Position numbers and translations under genes: made by a program
Origin: a virus
Taxonomy: Duplodnaviria; Caudoviricetes
Virus record (IMG/VR): IMGVR_UViG_3300010340_001122
Reading direction: 5' to 3' (one strand)
Length of the DNA: 64,000 nucleotides
Shown here: piece after piece, positions 52,994-60,552 of the stretch
Position numbering within the stretch: position 1 is the stretch's first letter
Layout of the letters: each line of letters opens with the position of its first letter
The notes under the pieces: generated by a model
Seen by the model: only the letters and a program-made list of their open reading frames with translations
Told to the model about the DNA's origin: nothing
Database searches by the model: none

Positions 52994-53353
52994 ATGTTTA
53001 CTTCTACGAAAATTATAGTTAAAGACTCACCAGTTCATGGTAAGGGAGTTTTCGCAACCGATACGATATTATCGGGAGAAGTTATTGAGGAATGTCATTT
53101 TATTCATTTAAATGAACCAGATTTTTCAAAATTAGATAGTTCACTAAAAGAATACACTTTTTCTTGGCCGTTATTCCATAATAATTCACATGCTGTTGTT
53201 TTAGGATTTGGTAGTATTTATAATCATCGAGATAATAATAATGCTACTTGGAAAACAAACTTAGAAAAAAATTGTTATACTTTTATCGCTATTAAAGATA
53301 TAAATCCAGGTGAGGAGATATTTACAAATTATATGAGATCCACATCCTTTTAA
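52994..53353 (+). CDS. SET-domain protein
   Basis: HGKGVFA, YNH...NA, DI.PGEEI..NY. Confidence 0.85.
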   Translation: MFTSTKIIVKDSPVHGKGVFATDTILSGEVIEECHFIHLNEPDFSKLDSSLKEYTFSWPLFHNNSHAVVLGFGSIYNHRDNNNATWKTNLEKNCYTFIAIKDINPGEEIFTNYMRSTSF

Positions 53354-53354
53354 T

Positions 53355-53588
53355 ATGAAAGAGGCAAAACAATCTATTAGTTTAATAAATGTATTAGTTA
53401 TAGTTTTTGCAACATTAAAACTAACTAATAACATAAATTGGTCTTGGTGGTGGGTATTTTCACCATATTGGATTCCAGTTATAATTATTATTTCTATAAC
53501 AATTATCTCTTTCTTTATTTCCCTTATTTATTTAGCAAATACTGGAAAAAGCATAGATGAATTTATTAAAAAATATACAAAAAATTAG
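53355..53588 (+). CDS. small membrane protein
   Basis: LKL...INWSWWWVFSP.W motif common in phages. Confidence 0.7.
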   Translation: MKEAKQSISLINVLVIVFATLKLTNNINWSWWWVFSPYWIPVIIIISITIISFFISLIYLANTGKSIDEFIKKYTKN

Positions 53589-53664
53589 TAAACTTTTAAA
53601 ACCTTGATTGATTCTATGTATATAAATATCAATGAAGAAATTCATAGAAAAAACAATAAACAAA

Positions 53665-53940
53665 ATGAATAAAGCAGATTTAGTTACCGAAATTTCTAGC
53701 AAAACCGGTTTAACAAAAACTAAAGTTGGTGAAGTGGTTGATACCATTGTTGAATCTATTCAAGGTGCTCTTGCAAACGGTGATAAAGTAACTCTAGTTG
53801 GTTTCGGAACTTTTGACACCATCACACGTAAGGCTCGTAAAGGTCGTAATCCAAAAACTGGTGCTGAACTTAACATCCCTTCTAAAAGAGCAGCTCGTTT
53901 TAAGGCAGGCGCAGGTCTTTCAAATGTTGTTAATTCTTAA
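53665..53940 (+). CDS. hup: HU family DNA-binding protein
   Basis: MNKADLV, VTLVGFGTF, RKGRNPKTG, FKAG. Confidence 0.92.
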   Translation: MNKADLVTEISSKTGLTKTKVGEVVDTIVESIQGALANGDKVTLVGFGTFDTITRKARKGRNPKTGAELNIPSKRAARFKAGAGLSNVVNS

Positions 53941-53957
53941 TAAGAATTTTTAACGAT

Positions 53958-53985
53958 AAAAAAACCCCTCAAATTGAGGGGTTTT
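53958..53985. terminator. bidirectional terminator
   Basis: AAAACCCCTCAA-A-TTGAGGGGTTTT. Confidence 0.8.
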
Positions 53986-54489
53986 CTATTTTATAGGACA
54001 TCTACCATCTTTATGTAAAAACATAATATCTTCTTTAGATATATTTATTCCATCAAATTTATTGAAAAAAATAACAAGTTCATCTAAACTAGAATCATCA
54101 AATGCAAAAACTGTGTTTGATGGGTCAAATTTTGAATCTTTCGTTGTACATTGAATAACAGATACTCTATTAGGAGATTGAATACTAAATTCTGATTCCA
54201 TATAATTACCCCAAGTAATATCAACTGATATTTTGAAATTTTTAGATGTAACTGGTTTTGTAAAGTAGATATCAAATTCTAGACAATCAGATTCTCCCCA
54301 TATTTCACCTTGTTTAAGTGTATATGTGATTTGAATCATATCAAAATGTTTCATGATATTTGTTTCTTTATCACAAACAAATTCATATGATTTATCATCA
54401 TATATCATGATAAGTTCTTTTGGAACAATTTTGTGCCAATCTATATTATAAATATTTACTGATTCGTTAAATTTTCTAAGGTGTTTCAT
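53986..54489 (-). CDS. hypothetical protein with MKHLRKFNE tag; paralog of the N-domain of 14939..16117
   Basis: Shared D.L..DI.F, DI..G....SEFSI.SPN, F.F.D.S...LV.FFN.F. Confidence 0.75.
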   Translation of the reverse strand: MKHLRKFNESVNIYNIDWHKIVPKELIMIYDDKSYEFVCDKETNIMKHFDMIQITYTLKQGEIWGESDCLEFDIYFTKPVTSKNFKISVDITWGNYMESEFSIQSPNRVSVIQCTTKDSKFDPSNTVFAFDDSSLDELVIFFNKFDGINISKEDIMFLHKDGRCPIK

Positions 54490-54499
54490 ACCTTATATA

Positions 54500-54655
54500 T
54501 TATTTGCGAATTTCACGAACTATACGTTCGCAAAAGTGACAAACAATAACAGGCCCCTTTGGTGACATTACAACTTCTCTTTCACAATTAGACTCACAAT
54601 CTTTTGTTCCTTGTGGTGCATATTCTCTTACTGGCTTACTTGGTCTTTTTTCCAT
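54500..54655 (-). CDS. 51-aa zinc-binding small protein (absent from ORF track)
   Basis: Manual translation: CESNC...CHFC; abuts upstream gene. Confidence 0.55.
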   Translation of the reverse strand: MEKRPSKPVREYAPQGTKDCESNCEREVVMSPKGPVIVCHFCERIVREIRK

Positions 54656-54942
54656 TATTGTAATATTTTTTTTATTTTTATATCTCTAGAAAGAGTCTTC
54701 ATCTCACTCTGAGAAAGTTTTTTTATTAAACTAGCATGTTTATAAGTACCATCTTCTAAAAGATAAAAAGCTTGTCTTCTTTTATATTGAATTGATTCTA
54801 CCGTATAAATTTTACCTTCAAATGTTATTACATAGGGTAGTCCCAACTTTTCAAGTTCTAAAAGATATGAATTATCAAATTTTGTTTCTGCGATTTTAAA
54901 AATTTTAAAGGTTACAAATACAAATATATAAAAATAAAACAA
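54655..54942 (-). CDS. hypothetical protein with C-terminal tag
   Basis: SRDIKIKKIL. Confidence 0.6.
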   Translation of the reverse strand: MFYFYIFVFVTFKIFKIAETKFDNSYLLELEKLGLPYVITFEGKIYTVESIQYKRRQAFYLLEDGTYKHASLIKKLSQSEMKTLSRDIKIKKILQ

Positions 54943-54945
54943 ACC

Positions 54946-55779
54946 ATGAAGAATTTATTAATATTTCTAATATCCGTTTTTCTAACTTCTTGTTCTACTT
55001 ATAGTTCATATCAAGTTAATCCTAATTCATATACCGCAGTTGTTGTTGAAGATCCAATAACATATAGTATATATGATAATAATTTAGTATATTGGAACTC
55101 ACCTTATTACTCACCATACAACACGGTTCTAATTTTTAGTAACTACCAATATCAATATTATAATTGGAGTTGGAACACTTACTATTGGTCATCTAATTGG
55201 TATGCTTGGAATAACTGGAACCCTTATCAAAATTGGAATGGTTGGAACTATTCTAATAACTGGAATGGTTGGAACTATTCTAATAACTGGAACGGTTGGA
55301 ACTATTCTAATAACTGGAACAACTGGGGATGTCAAAATAATAACATCTATATAAATAATAATTATTTCGGTGGTAAAAAATCATATAATTATGGATTGGG
55401 TGGTAAATATACAAACACGGAAAAATTTAAATTAAAGCCTTACACACAAACTAGTTCGGAAAAGTCACTCAGACCAGAAAATGTACATATTAATAAGGTA
55501 GAAGAAACTCTAAAATTTAGACCGATTCAACAATCTAGACCAGAAACTAGACCTGTTCAACAATATAACTCACAATCTAGACCGATTCAATCTAGACCAG
55601 AAACTAGACCGATTCAATCTAGACCAGAAACTAGACCGGTTCAACAATCTAGACCAGAAACTAGACCGGTTCAACAATCTAGACCAGAAACTAGACCTGT
55701 TCAACAATCTAGACCAGAAACTAGACCTGTTCAACAATACAAAACACAATCTAGACCGATTCAACAAAATAGAAAATAA
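54946..55779 (+). CDS. lipoprotein with N/W/Y-rich and SRPETRPVQQ repeats
   Basis: LTSC lipobox; 27-nt and 30-nt tandem repeats. Confidence 0.75.
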   Translation: MKNLLIFLISVFLTSCSTYSSYQVNPNSYTAVVVEDPITYSIYDNNLVYWNSPYYSPYNTVLIFSNYQYQYYNWSWNTYYWSSNWYAWNNWNPYQNWNGWNYSNNWNGWNYSNNWNGWNYSNNWNNWGCQNNNIYINNNYFGGKKSYNYGLGGKYTNTEKFKLKPYTQTSSEKSLRPENVHINKVEETLKFRPIQQSRPETRPVQQYNSQSRPIQSRPETRPIQSRPETRPVQQSRPETRPVQQSRPETRPVQQSRPETRPVQQYKTQSRPIQQNRK

Positions 55780-55798
55780 ATTTGGTGGTTTAAAAAAG

Positions 55799-55990
55799 TT
55801 GATATATATTTGTAATATGAAAAATGAGCACAAAAATATTGATTTGGGTTTGGGACCAGGTGGTATTAATTGTCCTTGTTGTACAGATAATCCTCATAAA
55901 CGTGTTTCAGAAAAAACCTTTTATAATAGGAAAGCAAGAAAGAAGTTAAAATTTAAACTCTTAAATGAGTTAAAAACACTAGAAAAGTAA
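55799..55990 (+). CDS. small basic protein
   Basis: GPGGINCPCC; probable start at MKNEH after TATATTTG. Confidence 0.55.
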   Translation: MIYICNMKNEHKNIDLGLGPGGINCPCCTDNPHKRVSEKTFYNRKARKKLKFKLLNELKTLEK

Positions 55991-56007
55991 AAATAAATAA
56001 AAAATAA

Positions 56008-56038
56008 TTTGACATTATAGAAAACTTTTGTATATTTG
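56008..56038 (+). promoter_or_regulatory. Bacteroidota sigma-A-type promoter of tRNA operon 1
   Basis: TTTG (56008)-N19-TATATTTG (56031); second TAATATATA motif at 56071. Confidence 0.75.
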
Positions 56039-56086
56039 TAATGTAAAAGAAACAAGAGAGAAACAATTTTTAATATATAAGAAATC

Positions 56087-56194
56087 ATGACAACAGTTCG
56101 TACACATAAATCTTTTAGTAAATCGTTTAAATGGCATTTTAAAAGCCATCGATTCGGTACTAAGAACGAACTGCCAAAAAATGAGATAGTGTAA
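56087..56194 (+). CDS. attenuator leader peptide 1 (MTTVRTHKSFSKSFKWHFKSHRFGTKNELPKNEIV)
   Basis: 35-aa ORF between promoter and terminator; H/K/F/W cluster. Confidence 0.75.
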   Translation: MTTVRTHKSFSKSFKWHFKSHRFGTKNELPKNEIV

Positions 56195-56221
56195 TCTCGT
56201 AATTTTTGATAGTGAAATTCC

Positions 56222-56259
56222 AAAAACCCGAATACAAAAGATTCGGGTTTTTTGTTTTT
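56222..56259 (+). terminator. attenuator terminator 1
   Basis: AAAAACCCGAAT-loop-ATTCGGGTTTTTT directly upstream of first tRNA. Confidence 0.85.
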
Positions 56260-56263
56260 ATAT

Positions 56264-56356
56264 GGTGTCAGTAGCCGGTAATTGGTAACCGACCAGATTG
56301 TGGCTCTGGAATGACTTCAAAAAAGTCTTTTGCGGGTTCGAGTCCCGTCTGACACC
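56264..56356 (+). tRNA. tRNA-His(GTG), long variable arm
   Basis: G-1:C73, CCAGA-TTGTGGC-TCTGG, GACTT/AAGTC extra arm. Confidence 0.85.
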
Positions 56357-56361
56357 CAAAT

Positions 56362-56434
56362 GGAGCCTAAGCTAACTTGGTAGAAGCACTGGTCTGAAAA
56401 ACCAGAGGACCCGGATCGTAACCGGGAGGTTCCA
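56362..56434 (+). tRNA. tRNA-Phe(GAA)
   Basis: CTGGT-CTGAAAA-ACCAG; T-loop ATCGTAA. Confidence 0.85.
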
Positions 56435-56441
56435 CAAAAAT

Positions 56442-56515
56442 GGTGATTGTAGCTCAATCGGTAGAGCGCAGGTTTGTGGCACCTGAGGCAGCGGGATCGA
56501 AACCCGTCATTCACC
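56442..56515 (+). tRNA. tRNA-His(GTG)
   Basis: G-1:C73, CAGGT-TTGTGGC-ACCTG. Confidence 0.9.
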
Positions 56516-56524
56516 CAAAAAAAT

Positions 56525-56614
56525 GTACTCGCTCATAGGCGTGACCAGGCGGCTCCAACCCGCTCTCCGAAAGGGGTCTAACGATTGGTGAGGGTTCGAA
56601 TCCCTACGGGTATG
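56525..56614 (+). tRNA. tRNA-Trp(CCA), atypical (reduced D arm, long variable region)
   Basis: GGCGG-CTCCAAC-CCGCT; GGGTTCGAATCCC; G73. Confidence 0.65.
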
Positions 56615-56619
56615 CAAAA

Positions 56620-56692
56620 GGTTTCATAGCTCAGTTGGTAGAGCGTCGCCCTGAAGAGGCGAGCGTCGGCGGTTCAAGTCCGTCTGAAACCA
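56620..56692 (+). tRNA. tRNA-Phe(GAA)
   Basis: Canonical cloverleaf, TCGCC-CTGAAGA-GGCGA. Confidence 0.92.
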
Positions 56693-56698
56693 CAAACT

Positions 56699-56769
56699 AC
56701 GGGTGACAGGCTTGGTGTCGGTGGGATCTCCAAAATCTTCACGAGCTACTTCGATTGTAGCCACCCGTG
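56699..56769 (+). tRNA. tRNA-Trp(CCA), atypical D arm
   Basis: ACGGGTG/CACCCGT acceptor, GGGAT-CTCCAAA-ATCTT. Confidence 0.7.
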
Positions 56770-56776
56770 CTAAGTA

Positions 56777-56884
56777 CATAAAAATGGAATAAACAATGAT
56801 AATAGAATAGATAATTTAGAATTTTTATGTCCAAATTGTCATTCACAAACTGAAAATTACGCAGGTAAAAATAAATTAAATTAA
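56777..56884 (+). pseudogene. HNH endonuclease C-terminal remnant
   Basis: HKNGINNDNRIDNLEFLCPNCHSQT; no start codon. Confidence 0.8.
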
Positions 56885-56971
56885 AAAATGAGAACTATTA
56901 CAATAAAACGAAAATGTAAACGATAGGCAAATGTTCCACATATACGGACCATTTGCCAATAAAAAACAAAT

Positions 56972-57046
56972 GATTCCGTAGCAAAATGTGGCTTTGCTCC
57001 TGGCTTTTAACCAGGCTAAAAGTGAGTTCGACTCTCACCGGGATCA
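56972..57046 (+). tRNA. tRNA-Lys(TTT)
   Basis: CCTGG-CTTTTAA-CCAGG. Confidence 0.85.
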
Positions 57047-57091
57047 CAAAAATGTGTTCGTCGAGATTTAAATTCTCCAGACACATAATAT

Positions 57092-57175
57092 CCGTCCGTG
57101 AGTGAGCGACCGAAACTATCAGACTTTTAATCTGACTCCTAAAGGACAACACTGGTTTGAATCCAGTCGGACGGA
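57092..57175 (+). tRNA. tRNA-Lys(TTT), long variable arm
   Basis: TCAGA-CTTTTAA-TCTGA; TCC-TAAA-GGA arm. Confidence 0.8.
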
Positions 57176-57181
57176 CAAAAT

Positions 57182-57267
57182 AACTCAGTTCCCGTAGCTG
57201 GCCGAACGGCTCCGACTCTTAATCGGATTGCGAAAGCACAACGAGGGTTCAAATCCCTCCTGAGTTA
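57182..57267 (+). tRNA. tRNA-Lys(CTT), long variable arm
   Basis: TCCGA-CTCTTAA-TCGGA; TGC-GAAA-GCA arm. Confidence 0.82.
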
Positions 57268-57328
57268 CAAAAATCCGAACTCACGTTTAACTTCTTAAAG
57301 GAAGATACTTATTTTTTATATATAATAT

Positions 57329-58222
57329 ATGAAAATAAATGATATAAACTGGGAAGAGGTTCAACTATTCTACAATAATGATAAAAACTGGAGTGATGTA
57401 TGTAAATATTTTAATATCAGTCAAAATTTAATTATAAGTGCAAAAAAACTAGGACTATTTATTAGTAGAAGTAAATCAGAATCGATTTCTATTTCACTTA
57501 GAAAAACTCCGAGGAAGCATTCAGAAGAAACAAAGAAAAAAATAAGTGAGATAAGAAAAAAGTATTTACAAGAGAATCCAGATAAAGTTCCATATAAATT
57601 GAATCATAGTAGTAAAGAATCATATCCTGAGAAATACTTTACTGAAGTATTTGGAAATGAAGGAATAGAAGTTGTTAAATCTTTTAATATCGGAATTTAT
57701 GAACTAGATTTTTGCATATTAGATAAAAAAATTGATATAGAAATCGATGGTAGTCAACATTATTATGATGAAAAAATAGTTGAGAGTGATAAACGTAGAA
57801 ATAAATTTCTTGAAGATAATGGATGGGATATCATAAGAATAAACTGGTCTGATTATCAAAAACTTGGTTTTGAATATAAAAAAGAATACATTTCAAATTT
57901 AAAAAGTTATATAAATGATTTAATAGACACTAAACCATTTTTTGAGGTTCCTATTAAAGAAAAAAAAATTAAAGAAAAAAAACAAAGAGTTGAGAATAAA
58001 AATAAAAAAATAAAAAAAGAATATTTATGTAAATATTGTGAAAGTAAATGTACTTGGTCTAAAGATAGGTGTGAACCTTGCTACAGAAAACAAAGTAGAA
58101 AAGTAGAAAGACCATCTTTAGAGCAATTGAAAATAGACATAGAAAATTTAGGATATTTAGGAACTGGTAGAAAATATGGAGTAAGTGATAATAGTATAAG
58201 AAAATGGATAAAATCCATTTAA
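57329..58222 (+). CDS. DUF559/Vsr-like putative homing endonuclease
   Basis: HSEETKKKIS (NUMOD3-like), DF...IEIDGSQH, D..R...L...GW...RI.W, C-terminal YGVSDNSIRKW HTH. Confidence 0.82.
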   Translation: MKINDINWEEVQLFYNNDKNWSDVCKYFNISQNLIISAKKLGLFISRSKSESISISLRKTPRKHSEETKKKISEIRKKYLQENPDKVPYKLNHSSKESYPEKYFTEVFGNEGIEVVKSFNIGIYELDFCILDKKIDIEIDGSQHYYDEKIVESDKRRNKFLEDNGWDIIRINWSDYQKLGFEYKKEYISNLKSYINDLIDTKPFFEVPIKEKKIKEKKQRVENKNKKIKKEYLCKYCESKCTWSKDRCEPCYRKQSRKVERPSLEQLKIDIENLGYLGTGRKYGVSDNSIRKWIKSI

Positions 58223-58231
58223 AATAAATTT

Positions 58232-58363
58232 GGGGAGGTAGCTCAGTGGTAGAGTATAGCTACACTCTTTTGAAACTTTACCTCTGAAAAGAGTGTTGAT
58301 CGAAAGAGTTACTTCGTATATTTTGAACATATAAGGTCGTTGGTTCGAATCCAACCCTCCCCA
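58232..58363 (+). ncRNA. tRNA-framed RNA with about 60-nt insertion between D arm and anticodon arm
   Basis: GGGGAGG/CCTCCCC, canonical D and T arms, TATAT-TTTGAAC-ATATA arm. Confidence 0.7.
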
Positions 58364-58385
58364 CAAACTTTAAAAATAAAAAATT

Positions 58386-58682
58386 ATGGACTCATTTTCA
58401 ATTACATTGAATAGATTGAGAGATATGATTAACTCTAGATTACGACCTGGTATTGATAAAGTATGGGTACAAGGAGTAAGTGCATCAAATGCTAGATTAG
58501 TCTTCACTATTTTTTTTAGCGATCCTACCCAAACTCCACTCAATTGTGGTTATGTGATGAGATTCACAAATGTTAAAAACTTTAGACATTATCGATCTGA
58601 TGGGGATCCAGATAATGAGTTTAGATTACTCGAAGTATATATGGACCAGTTTATGAAAATATTAGGCGATATAATTGAATAA
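58386..58682 (+). CDS. hypothetical protein
   Basis: 98 aa ORF. Confidence 0.65.
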   Translation: MDSFSITLNRLRDMINSRLRPGIDKVWVQGVSASNARLVFTIFFSDPTQTPLNCGYVMRFTNVKNFRHYRSDGDPDNEFRLLEVYMDQFMKILGDIIE

Positions 58683-58714
58683 AAAATCAACTAAAAGTAT
58701 TTTTTGTTATATAT

Positions 58715-59278
58715 TTGCATATGTGGTTTAGAAAAAATAAAATAAAAGAAGAAAAATCATCTGTGGTAAAAGATACAGATGATTTTTTAGAAAAGTATAA
58801 ACAGAGTAGAAAAGAGATTGTACATATGCAATCTCAATATCAAGATTATATTTTAAGATCGTTAGAGTTAGATTTTATCGATTATAAAGAAAATCTTGAA
58901 AAAAATTGGCCCAATTTTGAATCGAACACATGTGAATTTTGGAATTTATCAAAATCATCAATCACATCAAGAAGTTCAGAACTCAAATTGATTAAATCAA
59001 ATAATGGTGATAGTATAAAAATTGAAGTTGAATTTAACTTTGATGAATCAAAACTAACTTTTAATATTACTAAACTAGTAAGTATAATGGGGTATGAATA
59101 TACAAATTTAAAAAAAGAAATATTTGAAAATATTATCTTTAAATATTATATGTGTTACCTATACAAAAAAACTAACCTAGTAAGAGATGAGACCAAGGTT
59201 AATTTTCAAAGGATGCTAGATATTATTGGTAAATCAACTAAAAGAGATGCAATGATTAATAAAATTTTAAATGGATAA
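58715..59278 (+). CDS. hypothetical protein with C-terminal tag
   Basis: KRDAMINKIL; probable start at MWFRK after TATATTTG. Confidence 0.7.
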   Translation: MHMWFRKNKIKEEKSSVVKDTDDFLEKYKQSRKEIVHMQSQYQDYILRSLELDFIDYKENLEKNWPNFESNTCEFWNLSKSSITSRSSELKLIKSNNGDSIKIEVEFNFDESKLTFNITKLVSIMGYEYTNLKKEIFENIIFKYYMCYLYKKTNLVRDETKVNFQRMLDIIGKSTKRDAMINKILNG

Positions 59279-59587
59279 AAAAATATTAGTAAAGAAAACT
59301 GGTGATATTTTAACCACTTCAAATAATGAACTTCAAATTAAGATTATGAATTTTGAATTTGATTTAGAATATAACATCAAAGATAAGATTGAAAATAAGA
59401 TCACGTTCACACATCCAGGCGATTCTAAAACAAATCGAGAAGGTAAATATTATCTGATGCGGATTTTAAGACTCATTTTCAGTCAGTTAAAAAATAGTTG
59501 AAAATAAATTTGGTTTGTATTGTTTTTGTATGTACATTTGCATTACAATAATTAAGTAATCAATCACTTTCGATGCAGCCAGCCGGA

Positions 59588-59704
59588 ATTGCCGAAGGTG
59601 GGGATTACTTGCACAACAGCCCATCAGAAGCACAAAAGTTCAATGTAGTGCAATTGCTTATTAGTGGAACGTCAGCCCCCACTTTTGGCAATACCTTGTT
59701 AGCG
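59588..59704 (-). repeat. attC-like palindrome (one end truncated)
   Basis: ATTGCCGAAGGTGGGG / CCCCACTTTTGGCAAT; GTTAGCG end. Confidence 0.65.
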
Positions 59705-59743
59705 GTATGTGCTTATTGTCAAACGTAAATTAAAATTAATAAA

Positions 59744-60028
59744 ATGAAACAAGCAATTTGGAAATTTGAAACACCATTTGAAGATAAGTTTTCACTTCAA
59801 ATGCCAAAAGGTTCTGAAATACTTTCAGTTCAGCAAGACCAAAAAACTATGATACCTTGTATATGGGCTTTGGTTTATCCAGAAAATGAAAAAGAGGAAA
59901 GGTTTTTTGAACTTTTCGGAACTGGACATCCTATTCACAATGATATGGGAATTGAAAGAAAGTATGTCGGAACTTATCAATATCAACGTGGTGAATTTGT
60001 CGGACACATTTTTGAACGGGTGTCGTAG
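59744..60028 (+). CDS. cassette-borne conserved phage-type hypothetical protein
   Basis: IWKF...MPKG.EILSVQ...IWALV...GTGH...YVGT. Confidence 0.8.
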   Translation: MKQAIWKFETPFEDKFSLQMPKGSEILSVQQDQKTMIPCIWALVYPENEKEERFFELFGTGHPIHNDMGIERKYVGTYQYQRGEFVGHIFERVS

Positions 60029-60034
60029 CATTAC

Positions 60035-60166
60035 CGCTAACGTTAAAGCATTGGCGAATAAGGGGCATTTGAAAGACAAATGTTCAGCCTTTGCAGAATG
60101 TTTCATAGTAGCACAAAAGTTGAATTAACATCGTCAAGCCCCTTTTTTGCCAATGCAATGTTAGTG
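60035..60166 (-). repeat. attC-like palindrome
   Basis: CGCTAAC..GCATTGGC..AAGGGGC / GCCCCTT..GCCAATGC..GTTAGTG. Confidence 0.8.
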
Positions 60167-60250
60167 GATAGGTGAAAATGGTAATATTTATCATGAATCT
60201 GAGGTAATTGTTGGACTGGATGAAATTAGAGAATATAAAATTGAAAATAA

Positions 60251-60282
60251 TTTGGAAATTTAAAAACAAAGAAGTATATTTG
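60251..60282 (+). promoter_or_regulatory. Bacteroidota sigma-A-type promoter of tRNA operon 2
   Basis: TTTG-N20-TATATTTG, followed directly by TAATATATA. Confidence 0.75.
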
Positions 60283-60297
60283 TAATATATAATAAAT

Positions 60298-60366
60298 ATG
60301 AAAGTCATGAACACTACATCATCATCGTCGTCAAGTCGTAGTTCGAAGATGGTAATGTATTGCTAA
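60298..60366 (+). CDS. attenuator leader peptide 2 (MKVMNTTSSSSSSRSSKMVMYC)
   Basis: 22 aa with 8 Ser and 1 Arg, between promoter and terminator. Confidence 0.8.
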   Translation: MKVMNTTSSSSSSRSSKMVMYC

Positions 60367-60381
60367 AAATAAAAATACACG

Positions 60382-60421
60382 AAATCCTCGAATTTGAAAA
60401 AGTTCGAGGATTTTTTATTTT
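60382..60421 (+). terminator. attenuator terminator 2
   Basis: AAATCCTCGAATTT-GAAA-AAGTTCGAGGATTTTTT directly upstream of tRNA. Confidence 0.85.
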
Positions 60422-60423
60422 AT

Positions 60424-60495
60424 AACCGTATAGTTTAATGGATAGAATTACCGGTTTCGACCCGGTAGGTGAGGGTTCGAGTCCTTCTATGGTTA
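60424..60495 (+). tRNA. tRNA-Arg(TCG)
   Basis: ACCGG-TTTCGAC-CCGGT; A20 identity element. Confidence 0.85.
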
Positions 60496-60552
60496 CTAAC
60501 CTCTGTAAATAGGAGTTCGGTTTTTTAATATATAAACTAAAAATCGAATTTT

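Larger units (their letters stand above)
59457..60167. mobile_element. foreign insert 3: promoter, partial attC, one cassette, full attC
   Basis: TTTG-N20-TACATTTG (59509-59540); cassette bounded by GTTAGCGGTA / TACCGCTAAC. Confidence 0.75.
59271..60263 (+). pseudogene. phage gene split by insert 3 (59271-59456 joined to 60168-60263)
   Basis: Joined reading ...EGKYYL|IGENGNIYHESEVIVGLDEIREYKIENNLEI* restores the C-terminal tag. Confidence 0.7.

Noticed and set aside
55230-55770. 27-30 nt tandem repeats as a possible CRISPR array
   Set aside because: No unique spacers; the repeats are in frame within a lipoprotein gene.
56087-56259. T-box riboswitch as the tRNA operon control
   Set aside because: No T-box consensus (AGGGTGGNACCGCG) or stem I; the leader-peptide model fits better.
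56920-57087. Small hairpins between tRNAs (GGCAAATG/CATTTGCC; ATGTGT/ACACAT)
   Set aside because: No U-tract or tRNA arms; function cannot be supported.
55921-57152. Minus-strand ORFs 55921..56223, 56317..56514, 56898..57152 (also 58157, 61385, 61603, 61800)
   Set aside because: They overlap tRNA genes or the attenuator and have no protein-like features.
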